A stretch of DNA of 58,130 nucleotides, counting the filler, from Sphacelaria rigidula (taxonomy: Eukaryota): the NCBI GenBank assembly GCA_964200075.2. It is 8 parts of 8 records of this genome, joined end to end, with 100 filler letters (N's around TTAATTAATTAA, not from the genome) between each part and the next. Parts side by side here need not be neighbours in the genome. Positions count along the whole stretch, not along the records: positions 21,838 to 29,016 come from CAXNAA020016114.1; positions 29,117 to 36,295 come from CAXNAA020016115.1; 6 more parts are not named here. The stretch is one strand, 5' to 3'. The translations under genes and the position numbers were made by a program. The notes beneath the pieces were generated by a model. It saw nothing but the letters and a program-made list of their open reading frames with translations, was not told the origin of the DNA and did no database searches. Every line of letters begins with the position of its first letter. The first letter of the stretch is position 1. Of this stretch, positions 22,954 to 35,100 are shown piece after piece.

Positions 22954-24460
22954 GTTTTGCTTCGGGGTGTCGGGCGCTGTATACTCGCGGCGAATCCGTA
23001 CATCGTCACAAAAATCGACAAAATCTCGCGAACGAAAGTCACCGCCGTTGTCGATTCAAAAGCACCGAGGAACGCCGATCTGAGTGACGGTGGTCATGTA
23101 CCCCTTTACCTTCACCAGGGCTTGCGCCTTCCTCGCCAAACCGCAAAGCATGATTAAACGCGACTTACTATCCACACAGGCGAGTATGCACAGTGAAACC
23201 ACTCGGTGTCCGCACATGCGGTCCCGTGAGGTCCAGGTGTACGACCGAGTACTTGAACGTGGGATCGCTGCGCGTCGCCCTTTTGCCTCCAAACATCCTG
23301 CGTAGGGCGCCAATTATCCTTTGAGAGTCATGCCCTGTTGGGCGGCGGTCGCTCGAAGAACGGTCTCATGAGCATGGGAGAGGGAAGCGTGGAAGCGATT
23401 GATGTCCACAGTCTGTTGGGGTTTGATGTCCACAGCCTGTTGGGGTTTGATGTCCCCAGTCTATTGGGGTTTGATGTCCCCAGTCTATTGGGGTTTGCCG
23501 ACAGTTGATGGTCGACGGCCGGGGGCTAAAACTGCAAGCGTCAAATCCGACCACAACTCATACCCCAATCCTCATCCTACGATGTCCGCGGCTACGACAT
23601 ATGTTATGATCGAGGTATTGATTCCCATTCACGAAGCGATGGGCGGAGGGATACCGATTGCTCAATCGGTATCCCTCCGCCCATCGCTTCGTGTATGGGA
23701 ATCAATACCTCGATCATAGCATATGTCGTAGCCGCGGACATCGTAGGACGAGGGTTGGGGTTCGAGTTGTGGTCGGATTTGGCGCTTGCAGTGGCCAATC
23801 GGTACCCCTCCGCCTATCGCTTCGTGTTTGGAAATCAATACCTTGATCATAGCACATGTTGTAGCCGTAGATATTGTATGATGAGGATTGGGGTTTGAGT
23901 TATGGTCGGATTTGACGCTTGCAGTTTTAGCCCCCGGCCGCCGACCATCAACCGTCGGCAAACCCCAATAGACTGGGGACATCAATCGCTTCCACGCTTC
24001 CCTCTCCCATGCTCATGAGACCGTTCTTCGAGCGACCGCCGCCCAACAGGGCATGACTCTCAAAGGATAGTTGGCGCCCTGCGCAGGATGTTTGGAGGCA
24101 AAAGGGCGACGCGCAGCGATCCCACGTTCAAGTACTCGGTCGGCTATGGTCCTCGGCGTCGTACACCTGGACCTCACGGGACCGCATGTGCATACACTGG
24201 GTGGTTCACTATACATGCTCGCCTGTGTGGATAGTAAGTCGCGTTTCATCATGCTTTGCGGTTTGACGAGGAAGGCACAAGCTTTGGCGAAGGTAAAGGG
24301 GTACATGGCCACCGTCACTCAGATCGGCGTTCCCCGGTGCTTTTGCGTCGACAGCGGCAGTGACTCTCGTTCGCGAGATTTTATCGATTTCTGTGACGAT
24401 GTATGGATTCGCCGCGAGTATACAGCGCCCGAAACCCCGAAGCAAAATGCTGTGGCCGAG
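22942..24460. repeat. Fold-back inverted duplication of the copia integrase 5' region, centre 23661-23662
   Basis: 22942-23660 is the reverse complement of 23663-24460 with substitutions and indels; the innermost ~31 bp pair perfectly around a 2-nt loop (GATACCGATTG-CT-CAATCGGTATC). Confidence 0.95.
23401..23496. repeat. Minisatellite 4 x 24 bp
   Basis: GATGTCC(A/C)CAG(T/C)CT(G/A)TTGGGGTTT four times; only one copy in the right arm (~23960-23983). Confidence 0.92.
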
Positions 24461-24880
24461 CGCGCAATCCGGCGCGTGATAAAGGCTGGCCACGCTGCGC
24501 GATGTAAAGCTCTGCGCCTTTTTCCCGCTGAATCCTACACTGATATCCCCGCGCCAGGTGGCACCTTGAATCGGCTCTGGTTGGAGTCCGCGGTGTGGGC
24601 CGTCAATGGTTTCAACCGCTGCGCCACAATGGCCAACCCTGGGAAGGTCCCGGCGTACCAGGTCTCCACCGGTCATGGCCCCTCCTCTCTCCAGATCGTT
24701 CTCTTCCTTCAGCCTGGGATGATGAGGGTCACACGCCGCTCGAAGATGGACCCGCAAGCTGTGACGTGCTACTATTTCAACAACGGCTGCAACCATTCAT
24801 CGTCAACCGTAAAGGTCATCACAGCCGGAACCGGATCTGTTTGTTATACCAACAACGTGGTCTGGACAGTGCCTCGTCTA
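23981..24880 (+). pseudogene. Copia integrase (HHCC plus DDE core)
   Basis: FHASLSH...G*LAPCAGC, HLDLTGP, CVDSKSR, VDSGSD, EYTAPETPKQNAVAERAIR, LWLESAVWAV. Confidence 0.92.
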
Positions 24881-24949
24881 CCACTCCAACCACCAGCGCC
24901 GCTCGACGGAAGGGGGGGGGAACACGCTACCGGCAACATCGACGCTTCA

Positions 24950-25340
24950 GCTGCCGCTGCCGCCGCCGTCGCCACCACAACATACTATTCGACAACCGCG
25001 ATCACATGCCGCCGCTACCGCCAACTCGCCGCCGCCGACGCCGCCGCAACATAGTGTTCCACAACCGCCATCACATTCCGCCGCCGCCGACAACCGGCCG
25101 CCACCGCCACAACATACTATTCTACAACCGCCATCACATGCGGTCGCCACCGCCAACTCGCCGCCACCGCCGCCGCCGCCACAACATACTGTTCCGCAAA
25201 CGCCATCACATTCCACCGCAGCCGCCGACAACTAGCCGCCGCCGCAACACTACGCTGTACCACAATCTCGATCACATGCCGCCGCCGCTGCCACCTCGCC
25301 GCCGCCGCCATACGATAGCGTTCCACCATTCCGATCACGA
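24950..25340 (+). repeat. Pro-rich tandem repeats (~60 bp) in the IN-RT spacer
   Basis: Recurring CCGCCACAACATACT...CAACCGCCATCACAT units separated by (CCG)n runs. Confidence 0.8.
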
Positions 25341-26391
25341 CAACATCATCTCGCACCCGTCGCCGCCGTCTACAACCCGCCGCCGCCCACACACCCGACT
25401 GGTTCAACGTCGCGACCGTACCATCCCGTCTCGCCACAGCTATATCATACTACGCCACTGCTTCGACATCAACATTGCTATCCCATCCCGCCACGACCAT
25501 TCCACACCTTTCCGCCGCGACAAAATCATCGACCTCATTATCGGATTCCTCTGCAACCGCATCATACCATTACGCCGCGAGAACGTCATACCGCAATACC
25601 ACATAAACATGCTTCGCCCCCGCCATTTTGCATCCACTCCTGCGGCACAATATCCACGTCTACCTTCCGCCGCACCGTCAGCACAGCCCACATCAATCGC
25701 CACGCAACACAAGCAGGACCAGCGCGACACACTGCCAACTTCACCACTCCCACAACCGCATTCACCGCACCACCAACCGACTTCACCCCCGATTTTCAAT
25801 GGTTCTTCGGCACCATCATCCATTTCAGAGGCTTCATCATCAGCAACTCACCCTCTACGAGACCGTTCTCCATCACCGCTACCCGACAATGTTGTAAAGG
25901 AGCTGGGCCTAAGTAGTGATTCTCGGCAACCGGGCAGAACCTGATCGGAGACGGCCCAACATACAGCCGAGAAGGAGGAGGGGGCGACAACGTCGCACTT
26001 ATTCATCACGAGAGGGATCTTTTGGCGCGGCTCGACAAACCATGCCTCTTATCCGCCCACCTCACGCGGTCCGCGATAAACGCCGGAAGGAAGGGACGGG
26101 GTGATGGGGCAGGGGGGCGCAAGGGTTTGCCATATCGGACTGCGACGGTGATGGCAACGAACGCGGGAGGGCATCAACATCGCTATGAAGAAGGAGCGCC
26201 CGCCGCAAGAACCACCTAGACTTCCTCATCGCCCAGTGAAATAGTTGAAAACCCCAAAGACACATGCTGAAGCAACACGACCGGATCAGGGAGGAGTATG
26301 GATGGACTCCATAGCGCGAAAGTTCCAAGGTCTGAAGGAAGCGGGAACTATGGATGCGGTAATACAGTAATCAGGAGATAATAATATTTCC

Positions 26392-27720
26392 GAGAAGTGG
26401 GTTTATAACTGGAAGGCTGATGAGTTTGGGTGGCCAACGAAAGCAAAATCAAGACTGGTCGCAAGGGGGGATCGACAACGGGCAGACATTGACTTTGGTG
26501 AATTGTATGCACCTACAGTAGCGGTTTCGAGTGTACGGTAGCTGACAGCACTTGCTTGTGAGCAAAACGCTCGTTGCGCCATCTTGATACATCGAGCAAG
26601 CTTTTGTGCAGTCAGTACTGGACGAAGATGTTCATATGCGATTGCCTCCAGGTTGTGGTAATTCATCTGGTAAGATAGTAAGAGTTGACAAATCGCTCTT
26701 TGGCCTCCGCCAGGCTTCGAGGCAAAGGCATATTCATTTAGCAGGATGCCTGAAGAATCTAGTGTTTGACAGATTCGTGTGTGTTCCGACTGATGGAGAA
26801 CAACAAGGTCGTGATCACATTGGTGGTACATGTAGATGATAGTTTTGCCGTAGGCGATGAGGAAAGGTGTGATGGATTTGGTAGGCAACTAAAACACAAT
26901 GGTTCCTGTCAAGAATCTAGGAGAGCTGCGGTGGTATTCGGGACTATATTACGAGAGAGACTTGGAGAGGGGGACCCTTACTGTATCGCAACAGACTTTC
27001 ACAGAGGAGTCGGCCGAGGAGTACAATATATCACGGGGGAGTAAGACGCCTATGAGTGCCAGTGTAAAACTCGAGGATTTCGAAAAGGATCAGCAGGTCA
27101 CGACGTTCCCATTCAGGGAATTGGTGGAGTCACTCATGTGGCTGGCAAACCAGACCAGACCGGATATTTGTAACGCAGTGAGAGCGGTAGCGAGGTATTA
27201 CGCATCCCATAGATCGATATATTGGCGTACTGCTCTTGGTATACTGGGGTATGTTAGGCGAACGAGTACAACGTTACTTTTCGGATAGGCAGTTTACAAG
27301 GTCTCAGCTTTCTTTCTAGCATATGCTGATGCAGACTACGCGAGTAAGGCGGCAGTTAAGCGGTCAGGGTCGAGTGGACCGGTGATGTGCGGGGGTGGAT
27401 GTGTCTCATGGTTCTCAAGGACACGAAAGTGTGTGACATGTCGATTTCAGAAGTAGAGTACGTTGCGATAACCGACTTGGTGAAGGAGTTGCTCTGTTCG
27501 AGACAGGTATGGGAGCTCATGCTGCCTGAAGTTGGAGAGTAATGCATCCCGGTGTTCGAGGACAATCAAGGTGCTATTCAAATGGCACAAAATCCCATAT
27601 CGAGCTCCACTTCTAAGCAAATCAACGTAAGATATCATTTCATCAGAGAGCTAGTTGGAAGAGGGGATGTCTCAATTATTCACGTCAGGTCTGAGTACCA
27701 GCATGCCGATTTTCTGACGG
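26392..27720 (+). pseudogene. Copia reverse transcriptase and RNase H (stops and frameshifts)
   Basis: KWVYNWK, KSRLVARG, YAPTV, SLFGLRQASR, VVHVDD (HVDD at 26829-26840), TRPDI; RNase H AYADADYAS, SEVEYVA, FEDNQGAI, SKQINVRYHFIRE, QHADFLT. Confidence 0.95.
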
Positions 27721-28047
27721 TCTCACCGCTAAACTCTTTTAATTTCACCGTGACTATGTTATGAGCATCTTTTGGATTTCCGTGGTATGAAGAATATGAT
27801 TTCCTTGGTGGTGGACTATGGAATAAACATGGATTGATTATCTATGCTCCCAAAAATGGGGATACGATATGGGGTTAGCGGGGAATATTATTAGGAGATG
27901 ATTTTTTTTTTATGATTTTGGTTTTCTCCTTGCTGAGTCTTTCGTGCCTCGCGGCATTTGTGTTGTGAGAATTTGTTCGATTTTATGGGATAGAACTGAG
28001 ATTTTTTCTATGTGATATGACCAGGGTTAAGCCTCGACAAGGAGGGC

Positions 28048-28348
28048 TATTAGAATATTGCCGAGCTGAACACTAGTACACATGGACTTGGATCAATTCG
28101 GGTACGTAAGGGGCAGATTGATAGTACATCAAATGTACCGGACATTATACGCGGCATCGGATATTGCATTATGAGTGGATGCATGACATGTAAGGAAACC
28201 AACGGTGCAGTCGTGCCCATTAGATTCAGTTATTCATTTCAGTCTGCATATTGCATTTTGCAGTGAGAGAGCAGCTCTGGTGGAGCTTGCACGGTTGATG
28301 TTCGGTGAGTGAAGGTTATTAGGGATGAATACAAGAAGATTTATAACA
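28048..28348 (+). repeat. Copia 3' LTR (~301 bp)
   Basis: Follows purine tract AAGGAGGG; ends TATTAGAA...TTATAACA form an imperfect inverted repeat. The 5' LTR is absent, so the boundaries are unconfirmed. Confidence 0.65.
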
Positions 28349-29428
28349 CATTCCCCCCTGGCCAGAGCACGTTCTCTGAGAGGCCTCCCTTGTTTCAGTA
28401 GCCCCCAAGTACTCGCAGCTCACTCGAGTGGCGAGCCCTACACGAACGAGCACATGTCCCAACACGCGGCACCGGTGAAAAGCCGTGCTCGAGGCAGACT
28501 GCCGGCGCCAGTTTCTGAGTGGGGAGGTGACAGGTTCCCACATTGGCCGGTCTGAATGGTGCCGCTCTGTACAGCTTCCTCGTGGCCGGAATGGTACGTG
28601 ATGGTACGCTGACGAGTGACGACCACGCCAGGGGCTCATAGCACGCACGATGTGCACGGGGTAGCCCATGATGCGTACAGTCCATCTGAAAAAAAATATC
28701 CTCGATTCGCGTGTGAGCCACAAATGTCGAGGCGATTGCTGCAAGCATGTCTGGTGGTAGACGGGGGCTGCATTTCCAGTATAAAACTTGATGATCCACC
28801 GCACCGCTCCGTCATGACTGTACTCGAGTCCTATTATTCCGCACTAAACTGCACGCCGTTGTGCACGGTCCAGTACAGTATATGACGGAATATCAACACA
28901 CACCACACTGTTGCGTGCTGGCCTGAGCCGTTGTGTACTGTACTAGAGACTGCTGCCGAGATAGCCCCCCCCCAAAACCGGCCAAAAACGTGCACGGAGG
29001 CGATGATCATAACTGCNNNNNNNNNNNNNNNNNNNNNNNNNNNNNNNNNNNNNNNNNNNNTTAATTAATTAANNNNNNNNNNNNNNNNNNNNNNNNNNNN
29101 NNNNNNNNNNNNNNNNACTCCTCGAACTGTGGCGATGTCAAAATCGACGGGAAAGTCGATTGTTTCGGGTCTCACTCTGAATCTCAAACTACCCTCTGAA
29201 TCTCAGGAATATCGTGTTCTTATATGTTTTATGGCGGAATTTCACTGACAACAAAGATCCAACCTGTTCTTGAGCAGAAGAAGACATGGATAGATATATG
29301 GCTTGAAAATGCGAATCGGAACTTTCGAAATTCGACACAATGTTTTTTTTTTGCTGGGACCGTGCACCGGTCGGTTTACATCATCCTACCGGTTAGTAAC
29401 TGTCTCGCACCGCTAATGCTTGCCCCAG

Positions 29429-29575
29429 GTTCCACGAGGAGATACCCCCAGCGCAGTGAGGCGATTGATGCGTCTATGCTGGAGCGAAAACCCATCACAG
29501 CGGCCAACGTTTTCTGAGCTGGAGGGTATACTAGAATCGGCCCTGGATTCTTCGCCCGAAGAAAAGTTACAGGGG
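29429..29575 (+). CDS. Protein kinase exon, subdomain XI (tyrosine-kinase-like)
   Basis: VPRGDTPSAVRRLMRLCWSENPSQRPTFSELEGILE fits LMxxCWxxxPxxRPTF; branch-like GCTAAT, CCCCAG acceptor, GTGAGT donor; 147 nt, phase 0/0. Confidence 0.9.
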
Positions 29576-30133
29576 GTGAGTGTGGTGGGCAGCGAAGTAT
29601 AAGGCACCCCAGTTTGGAAATACAGTAACACGGAAGACCCAAGTGTTCGACCGAGTTCCACGCGTGATATTGGTTGGTACAGTCTGCCTGATCATCCTTC
29701 ACGTGAGCAGAAAACGCGGGCACAGCTGATTGTATTGTCTTGAAAGCAAGGCCATCTGGCGAGAAACTCCAGGATAATATCGAAGGCTATTACTCGTATC
29801 GACTGTTATTGCTTTCTCTTGACCGAACCATTCCAAGTCGCACCAAGGTACGTCTTTGCCCATACGTGGTCGCCGTAATGAAGGATGAAGCGGATATGAG
29901 ATGCTGCATGAACAGTGTGGTCGACAAGAACGTCCTCGACGACCGGTCCTGCCAAACTGTTGATAAAGCTAACAGCAGGGGGCACAGCAGAGAGCACTTT
30001 CCTGCTCGTTCACGCTCATGTTTGTTCATATTTGTCACGGACAGGAAACAGAGAACGTCAGCGGCGACTGCCTGGACGATTTGCTCCGCAGATGAGGCGC
30101 GGGAGTTGAAATGATGACATAGCCAGACCCCCT

Positions 30134-30167
30134 CGGCATACCGGCATACCGGCATACCGGCATACCG
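30134..30167. repeat. (CGGCATAC)4 short tandem repeat
   Basis: Seen directly. Confidence 0.9.
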
Positions 30168-30587
30168 ACTGAGCCACGAGGAGGAGCAACACGCCAAGAC
30201 ATGAACGAAACGTGATTCAGACTCCGTAACATTGTCGATTGTTTTGGCTGTGGGCGGAGCAGAAGTTAATCGTTTCGTTTCACCCAATTCTCATGTGTTG
30301 GCATTCGTGTAGTTTCGCCGACACCTACTACCTGGAGTATGGTTGGAGTGCAACAGTCACGACGTAAAATGGGAAGCTGCTGATCGCACGCTAACGATAT
30401 ACCGCAGAGACGTTCGTGTCTGTTCCGGATATCTCATCTATAATGCGCCACGTTGTACACTATAGGTGTCTTCGTGATTACGACAAAGGTTAAAGGTTCG
30501 CAAAATTTCAAACTGAAAAACTTAGAGCACGGGAGGCCCCACTCTGGGGCGTTATGGTGCAAGGAAGCAACAATTGACTGTCTCCAG

Positions 30588-30647
30588 GGGGCACTTGGCC
30601 TTGAGGTGGATGGAGTGGACCCTACCTACCGGAGGAGTAGCGGTTAA
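30588..30647 (+). CDS. Candidate terminal exon of the same kinase
   Basis: TTGACTGTCTCCAG acceptor then phase-0 GALGLEVDGVDPTYRRSSG*. Confidence 0.4.
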   Translation, partial: GALGLEVDGVDPTYRRSSG

Positions 30648-30994
30648 CGCCGATTTCTACCACCGTAAAGTGGGGGGGAGCGTTCGAATGGGCCGTCTTT
30701 GATTGGAAATAGCACTGCAATGCCGCAAGAAGGGCAAACTATTGTGGAACTCAAACAAGATGACGAGACATGCTCGTCTTGGGTGGCTTAATTACGTTCG
30801 GATGGTTCAAGGATACCTCTTGAGGCAATTGTTAATGCCGTGAAACGAAATGCAAGAACCTCCGAAATGTCAATCCCTACTGCAGTGACCTGTGCGGGTC
30901 ATCTTCAAAGTTTAAAAGCACATGGAGCGTTTGGTTGCGTCGTTTTGAGCGGAGAGGAACCATATCGACCCGCAGATAGAAACATGCAAGGTTA

Positions 30995-31445
30995 TTTTCC
31001 GTAGGGTACGGGTATGCTTGGTAGGGTATGATCTGTCCTGCAGAACTTACAGAACTGTCAGGTACCGGTAGAGGCGCCTGACAGAACTTATAGAACATGT
31101 CGGGTACGGTATGAAGGTTGTACCCGCAACCTGATATTTCTACAAGGGTATACCCATACCCCGGGTAAGGGGAAAAGTTTCGTGCAGGTCGTACAGAGCT
31201 GTCGGGTACCAGTATGGGAGTGGTGCCAAGGTAAGAGTGCACATTTTTTCTGAGGCTTTTCAGTTTAGGAGCCCTTCAATGAGAATCATCTGGGCCAAAG
31301 TGTGCAACCTGAGAGATATGTTCACCTAAAACGTGCGCTCCCATCATGGCACCACGCATAGGAGCGTTATAGAACTCGCAGGCCTGTTGGATACAGGCAT
31401 GGGAGGCTTACAGAACTGAAAGAACCTATCGGGTACGGGTAATAC
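30995..31445. repeat. Dispersed MITE-like repeat built from GGGTACGGGTA and ACAGAACTTACAGAA motifs
   Basis: The motifs recur at 30995-31235 and 31365-31445 and, mostly inverted, at 36655-37165. Confidence 0.7.
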
Positions 31446-31591
31446 TCGATTGAATATTCCGTGTGTGGAGCCATGCTACGGTAGGGGTGGCGAAAACATT
31501 TCTGGTGAAGGATAGTGGATTAAGAATTGAGCACTAGGCGGTACGGACAATAGCGGGATTAACTGATGTCGAGATAGCTCTTCCCAAATCA

Positions 31592-31900
31592 GCCCGCTCC
31601 TTGGCTGAGTTGGTTGGGGGCTATGGCACGGCATCACTCACTCGTTGCCGACCAAACTACCAGGCACACACGCTGGCGGTGCTCTAAGGACGACTTTACG
31701 TTCGAACGCAGTGGTTCGAGCCTCGTGTCGGTGTAAGTGAATCCAACTCCGGAGATATTTCCTCACTCACTTCAAGTGCGATAGTCAAGCTCCCGAGCAA
31801 TCTGACTCTCCCTGGGGGGAAGGGGGTACGGAGTCTCGCCAAGCTCACGTGGGCCTTCCCAGGGCTCGTGCTGCTGATACTTCATGCCTAAATCTCATTC
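31592..31900 (+). mobile_element. SINE-like element family C with widely spaced Pol III boxes
   Basis: A box TGGCTGAGTTGG (31602-31613) and B box GGTTCGAGCC (31713-31722); single copy in the window; 3' boundary approximate. Confidence 0.55.
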
Positions 31901-32166
31901 GCTCCGTGTGGAATGGTCAAAACGCGCACGTCACACATTTATTGCACTGTCAAACCCCTTCCATGAACCCAATTAACTCTCCCCGTGCCTGAGGCCACGT
32001 ATTTGACGCCATCACGGACGTTCGTTACAAGATGTGTCGTTCGCCCCATATGACACACACTTCACAAACTAACCATTTTTCGCCGGGTCCGGCGCGATAA
32101 AAACCGACATTTTAATCTAATGCACGGATAGATAGGTTCAGCCTTCGAGGGCGAACATAATATACA

Positions 32167-35100
32167 TCACTTCTCTCCCCACACACTCTTCAACTTTTCT
32201 ATCTGGAGGGGGAAGGTCGTCCCCAACTCCTGGCGCACGAGATCCGTCAGCGAACCGAACGCGTCCCCCGTCGTGTACATGTACTTTGCCTTCTCGCAGT
32301 TGTGTAGGTCGGCGAGGTTGATTCACTGTTTGACCCGACTCAAAACGCCGGGGACAAAGACGTAGGCTTGCGTACGACGAATAATATGAGAGAGGGCAAG
32401 GATTCCTGGGCGCTCTGCGTTAGGGTCTTGTTTCTGAAGCAGGTATTCCTGCGACGTACAGCCTTCTTGAGGTAGGCATGAATGCACCCCTCGGGTTCAA
32501 GCACGTTTCCCTCCTTGATCTGTTTACTGCAAGCGTTAATGGCGGACCTGATATGGCATCTGCATATCCGGCAATCGTGGCAAGCATGCAAGAAGAGGGG
32601 TATGTGGATTGCTGGTGAGTCTTCAGCAACAATATGAACAATGCGGGTGGCATACAATATCGTTCACGGGCGCTGGTTTCATCCTGCGGTCGTTGCGACC
32701 GATCACGTGGTATGTATACAATTAATTTCGTCGAGATGCGGTAGGGGCGGTACATCTGAGCCCGGATTTTCGTCGTTCAGGGCTTCCTCAGGTGAAGAGC
32801 TACTAAAGAACATGGGCGAGGACGAACTCGTTTTCAAATTTTCTCCGGGTGTCCCTATCCCATTGGAATACTGATCGTGGCGTGCTCTCACATCACAAAC
32901 CGTTTGTAAATGAGAGAGAGGGCCCCTTCATGGGTGACCACCGGGGCGCATGTATCCTTAAATGTGGACGTTAAATACGTTGTGCGACGTCTCGGAAAGG
33001 TGCCAATTTGATTTTTACAGGCACCCAGTGGTCGCCCGTGTAACGAAGCGAACCCCAGCCCATATTTGTGCACCACTATCCCGCAGAATCATGAAACCGC
33101 CAAAGGTTGGGAGCGGTGTGCGGACCCCCGAAAACGTATATTGCTTACTGCGAGCCTTCGTCTTGGTCCTACAGCTCCGCAGGCGCAGCGGGTGCCTCGT
33201 CGTTTGTTCCGGGAGTAGCTGGTCTTGTCGGAATCCGCTGGAAGTTTACATCACCAATCTCGTAGTGCTGCTCCTGGCTCGCCCTGTGGGGTGTTGAAAT
33301 GAACCACGCGACACCGTGGGAATGATGATATAGCGTGTTCAAAAAATTATGCATGGAGATTGGCGCTCTCCTATTTTGAAGCGGGATATACGTTGTTCTG
33401 TATGCATCGAGAGTATACGTGGGTCGTCAGCTTGTCAAATGTCAAAGCGTACAAAGATCGGTGTATCTTCGATACCGCCAACTGCAATAGCGACGGAGTG
33501 TAGGGGTATACCCGACGTGCTCGGATATAGTCTTATTCACCTTGCTGCATTGGCAGTGTCAGAAAATGTTTGGCGGCGCTTGGAGTTTACCGGCTGCCCA
33601 TCCGTGGGACACGTGCTGCTGCCTCTACTCTTCCGCTTCGGCGTGCCTTGCGGTTGGTCATTGCTGAAGTAAGAAACACAATAGCATGTTGGAAAGCGAC
33701 ATCATCAGTGATGCGGAGGATACACCAGCATGTTTTCCTTTTCGTTCGACTCCATATTTCGAGTCGTGTATAGGGAGCATACGAGTCACGAGCATCACCC
33801 ACCAGAGGTTGAGATGTACACGGAATTCATGTTCTCGTAGGGAACTTCATGATCACGGAGCTCATGTCGCGTGGTGAGCCACGAAGCATTAAATAGTCAT
33901 ATAATGGACAACAGAGGATGACTACGCGTAGGGTAGGTATCAAACGCACGGAGAACAGGCCCGAGGTGAGATTGATAATCTCTGCTTCCCGGAGTGATCA
34001 ACACCTGATATGAAGCGGTGTAGAGATAGTACACGAGCTATCACACAATCCCGCACTCGAGAGTGTGGGGGACACGCTAGAAGTTTATCTTCACTCATCG
34101 GCTTAGAGAGTACAGTAGCAGGATCAGCTTCCTCAGATGAGGAGATACGTAAAACGTTACCTCAAATGACACATACCTGCTGTTTCATTATTTCTCAAAC
34201 GAATTGTATGGCGTTATGCTAGTGCACCTGTGCGAGATCGATTCTGTAGGAACTGGCGCATCGTTGTCGACCCCTCCGACCACGTTTGTGTTGTGTTCAT
34301 CGTTGCGGGTCGCTTCTCTGTCCACGGCAGTGTTCGTCAGCATCATCAATCCTCCAGTGTCGTCCTCGGAGTTTTATTTCGACATCGCCGTCTGCGGTAA
34401 ACGTTGACAGAACGGCTGTCGTGGTGGTGCCGTGTGTAACCTTCCCGTCCGCCCCCAGCAGCCCAAGGGAGTTGAGCACATCGAGGGGCAAGTACGCGCG
34501 CACGGTATCGCGCGTGGTGGACGCCGTGGTCGACCCTCCTCGTTTTATGTACACGTTCGCCTCCCTCGAAGGACGATCTGTATGTAGCAGTAAGTGGAAG
34601 CGACGGGAGGGATTGAGGGAAGAATGTTGTGTGTACGCGTAGTGTATACAAAAGCCTTCTGTGACAGAGTAGTAACAATACATAACATATATCAATGCAT
34701 AACATCCAAATCGGCAGGGACGATGACCCTTGCCGAGATACGGGTAGAGTAGGATTCGAGCTCGTACGTATTACCCATGCAATATGTTGCTCCTGACACT
34801 TTCACGCTAGCCCCCCCCACCGAAACAAATCCATGGTTTTAGGAGGCAAAATCTTCACGTAAATCGAAATGATAAAAGCCAGGCACGACGAGCAGCTGGA
34901 AATTCCTACGCTTGACTTCGTTCTCGCCAAGACTCTGCTATGAGGCGCTTCATGCAGCCTGAATCCAAACATCAGGCGCTGTGTGGTCATTTTTTTTCGC
35001 GACACTTTTGAGCTGTTTTTTGGGGTGTGCTATCGTAAAAAAAGGTCTCCTCAAGTGTGGAACTCTATCTTGTTCTGGAGTGGCGTGCCGAGGTACGGGC

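Larger units (their letters stand above)
23663..28348 (+). mobile_element. Ty1/copia LTR retrotransposon, 5'-truncated and decayed
   Basis: Domain order integrase-RT-RNase H, then a purine tract and LTR. Confidence 0.95.

Noticed and set aside
24595..25944. 449-aa His/Arg-rich ORF
   Set aside because: Alternative-frame reading of the copia integrase and Pro-rich spacer.
26829..26840. HVDD instead of YVDD in the copia RT
   Set aside because: A known variant among copia elements, and this copy is dead.
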